From positions 1 to 64,000 of IMG/VR virus record IMGVR_UViG_3300020179_002709: a stretch of DNA of 64,000 bases; one strand, written 5' to 3'. Every line of letters begins with the position of its first letter. Position 1 is the first letter of the stretch. This document shows positions 62,068 through 64,000 of the stretch, one piece after another. The notes under the pieces are model-generated. The model ran no database searches. It was not told the DNA's origin and worked only from the letters and a program-made list of their open reading frames with translations. The DNA comes from an uncultured virus (IMG/VR IMGVR_UViG_3300020179_002709) (Duplodnaviria; Heunggongvirae; Uroviricota; Caudoviricetes). The position numbers and the translations under genes were made by a program.

Positions 62068-62637
62068 ATGAGAAGTTTTTGGGCAGTATGGACCGGTGTT
62101 GTTAGTGAGTTGGCTTGTAATAGAATTATAGAAAGAGGACTGGCGTTAAACCATCAAAAAGCTATTGTTGGATATGATGATAATGCTAGAACTTCTGATA
62201 ACAGGTCAACTACTATAGGATGGTTTGATCGTAAAATAGATAAAGACATTGCTGATCTTATTACTATGTACGCAACTGAAGCAAACAGAGAATTTTTTGA
62301 TTTTGATATCTCTCATGGCGTTTTTGAAATGCAGTTTAGCATCTATAAAACTGAAGAAAAAGGCCGATTTGGATGGCATAGTGATACTCAGTATAAGACA
62401 AATATAATGACAGATAGAAAACTGTCTTTTGTTTTACAGTTGTCCGAGCCATCAGATTACGAAGGTGGTGAATTTGAATTTAAAGTGCCCGATGGTTCAA
62501 CTTTAGACAGAAACAATTTTTTACCTAAAGGTTCAGTGCTAGTTTTTCCATCTATATTTGAACATAGAGTAACAGAAATAACTAAAGGTACAAGATATTC
62601 TTTAGTGTCCTGGATTGAAGGGCCTAAGTGGAGATAG
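62068..62637 (+). CDS. 2OG-Fe(II) oxygenase (prolyl-4-hydroxylase-like)
   Basis: HxD (WHSD), RKLS, YEGGEF, HRV...GTRYSLVSW. Confidence 0.9.
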   Translation: MRSFWAVWTGVVSELACNRIIERGLALNHQKAIVGYDDNARTSDNRSTTIGWFDRKIDKDIADLITMYATEANREFFDFDISHGVFEMQFSIYKTEEKGRFGWHSDTQYKTNIMTDRKLSFVLQLSEPSDYEGGEFEFKVPDGSTLDRNNFLPKGSVLVFPSIFEHRVTEITKGTRYSLVSWIEGPKWR

Positions 62638-62650
62638 TTTTTTTTAATAT

Positions 62651-62658
62651 TATAAATA
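62651..62658 (+). promoter_or_regulatory. T4-type late promoter TATAAATA
   Basis: Exact consensus 24 nt upstream of ATG 62682. Confidence 0.75.
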
Positions 62659-62681
62659 CTAATAATAATATTTAAGCGGCT

Positions 62682-63005
62682 ATGGCTACTAAAGTAAACT
62701 TTTTAATAGATCAAGGTACCACGTTTGAAACGTCGATTAACCTAAATGATGATGACGGTAACCCTATTGATTTAACCGGGTTCACTGTTGCCGGTCAGTT
62801 GAGAAAGCATTATACATCATCTAATTATATTCAGTTTAATGCTAATTTAGCGCTCGGTGAATTAAACCTAGCATTATCCGCTAATACAACTGATGCGTTA
62901 ACTCCTGGTAGATATGTTTATGATGTAGAATTAACAGATACTAATGGATTAATAACAAGGTTGTTAGAAGGTATTATTACTGTAACTCCGCAGGTAACGA
63001 GATAG
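62682..63005 (+). CDS. Small virion structural protein (Ig-like)
   Basis: IDQGTTF...GRYVYDVEL...RLLEGIITVTP. Confidence 0.7.
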   Translation: MATKVNFLIDQGTTFETSINLNDDDGNPIDLTGFTVAGQLRKHYTSSNYIQFNANLALGELNLALSANTTDALTPGRYVYDVELTDTNGLITRLLEGIITVTPQVTR

Positions 63006-63009
63006 AACA

Positions 63010-63273
63010 ATGCCAATTAATCAGTCAGCTCTTTCGTTAAACGTAAGGTTAAATCTTGCTAACACAAAAATTACTACTACCCCTGCGCAGCCAGTAACGT
63101 TAAAATCGCAATTTAAAACAATAAGTACACTTAATGAATTGACAGACGTTGTGGAAACGGCGCCAGAATCTGGCCAGACGTTAGTTTACGATGCTACAGT
63201 TGATAAATATATAGTAAAGAAACTTACAACAGCAGACTTAGACTTAACGTCCTTGGACGGGGGAACCTTTTAA
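63010..63273 (+). CDS. Hypothetical virion protein
   Basis: LNELTDV...LVYD...LDGGTF fibre-type motifs. Confidence 0.6.
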   Translation: MPINQSALSLNVRLNLANTKITTTPAQPVTLKSQFKTISTLNELTDVVETAPESGQTLVYDATVDKYIVKKLTTADLDLTSLDGGTF

Positions 63274-64000
63274 ATGTCAGAGACCATACTCCAAATTAAA
63301 CGCAGTACCACAACATCAGTACCTGCAAATCTACAACCCGGAGAATTAGCATATACCAGTAACGGACAAGTTCTATTTGTTGGAAGTCCGGAAGGGTCTA
63401 ATACTGCTAACGTTATAGCTATTGCCGGGGAAAGATTTCCCGGAGTCTTAACTGCTAATCAAGCGTTAGTCTCTAATACCTCAGCCTGGATTGACAATAT
63501 TCAAACAGCCAAGTTAATACTTGGACCTGTAGGAACATCAACAAACGTAACCTCTATTGTAACGGATAGCTCTCTAGCAAGCGTTTCAAATAATACATTA
63601 GCAACTGCCTGGGCTGTTAAAACCTATATTGATACACAGGCCGGCTCTTCTACACTCGGCGGTCTTTCTGATGTAACAATAACCTCTGCTGGCAATAATC
63701 AAATATTAGTATACGATGCAATTAGTGGCCAGTGGGAAAATCATTCAATTTCTGGAACTGCAAATGAAGTAGAAGTTACATTTGATGGACAAGACATAAC
63801 AGTTGGACTGCCTGATGCTGTAACAGTAACATCATCTATTACTGTTGGTACCGTTGGAATAAATGGATCATCTTTCCATGTTGGTAACAGCACTGTTAAC
63901 ACATTTATCAATTCTACAGCGGTAGCAATTGACGGGGTATTCTCAGCTGGCAATACAACAATTAATGGATCAGCAACCATTACTGGTGAGTTGATTTTAG
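63274..64000 (+). CDS. 3'-truncated tail fibre protein (Mtd-N-like start; absent from the ORF track)
   Basis: MSETILQIKRSTTTSVPANLQPGELAY...; frame stays open to the window end. Confidence 0.8.
   Translation, partial: MSETILQIKRSTTTSVPANLQPGELAYTSNGQVLFVGSPEGSNTANVIAIAGERFPGVLTANQALVSNTSAWIDNIQTAKLILGPVGTSTNVTSIVTDSSLASVSNNTLATAWAVKTYIDTQAGSSTLGGLSDVTITSAGNNQILVYDAISGQWENHSISGTANEVEVTFDGQDITVGLPDAVTVTSSITVGTVGINGSSFHVGNSTVNTFINSTAVAIDGVFSAGNTTINGSATITGELIL

Overview
The window is a 64 kb segment of a large, AT-rich T4-like myophage genome (genetic code 11). Its IscU/ErpA and NrdA/B look proteobacterial, so a Betaproteobacteria-type host is a reasonable but unproven guess. Layout: (1) 1-11957, late accessory virion genes (three IPT/TIG-Ig paralogues with different C-termini, a collagen fibre cassette, spanin- and holin-like genes). 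(2) 12027-33952, replication and metabolism: gp61 primase, ThyX, NrdAB, dCMP deaminase, RuvC-like resolvase, a sugar cluster (cytidylyltransferase, GalE-like epimerase, GT4, HddA, GmhA), RNase H, PhoH, YccA/BI-1, IscU, ErpA, exonuclease, SleB-like hydrolase, gp33, gp59, gp32. (3) 33949-40053, minus-strand block (gp4, gp2, gp54-like, gp26/gp51-like, two tape-measure-like genes). (4) 40065-64000, baseplate and fibre genes (gp48, gp53, hub, gp5, gp25, gp6, gp7, gp8, VrlC-like, collagen fibres, 2OG-Fe(II) oxygenase). The strongest sequence-level surprise is a probable programmed -1 frameshift at T TTT TTT. It would fuse the gp26-like protein to a startless gp51-like ORF just upstream of the tape-measure-like genes, the same architecture as the lambda G/GT tail chaperone. 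Other leads are a phage heptose/glycosylation cluster, an IscU-ErpA Fe-S pair, a possible collagen-modifying hydroxylase, an apparent insertion scar and a DUF1566-like tip domain. No tRNA, CRISPR array, intron, intein or reverse transcriptase was recognised. All product calls come from motif recognition by eye, not database searches.
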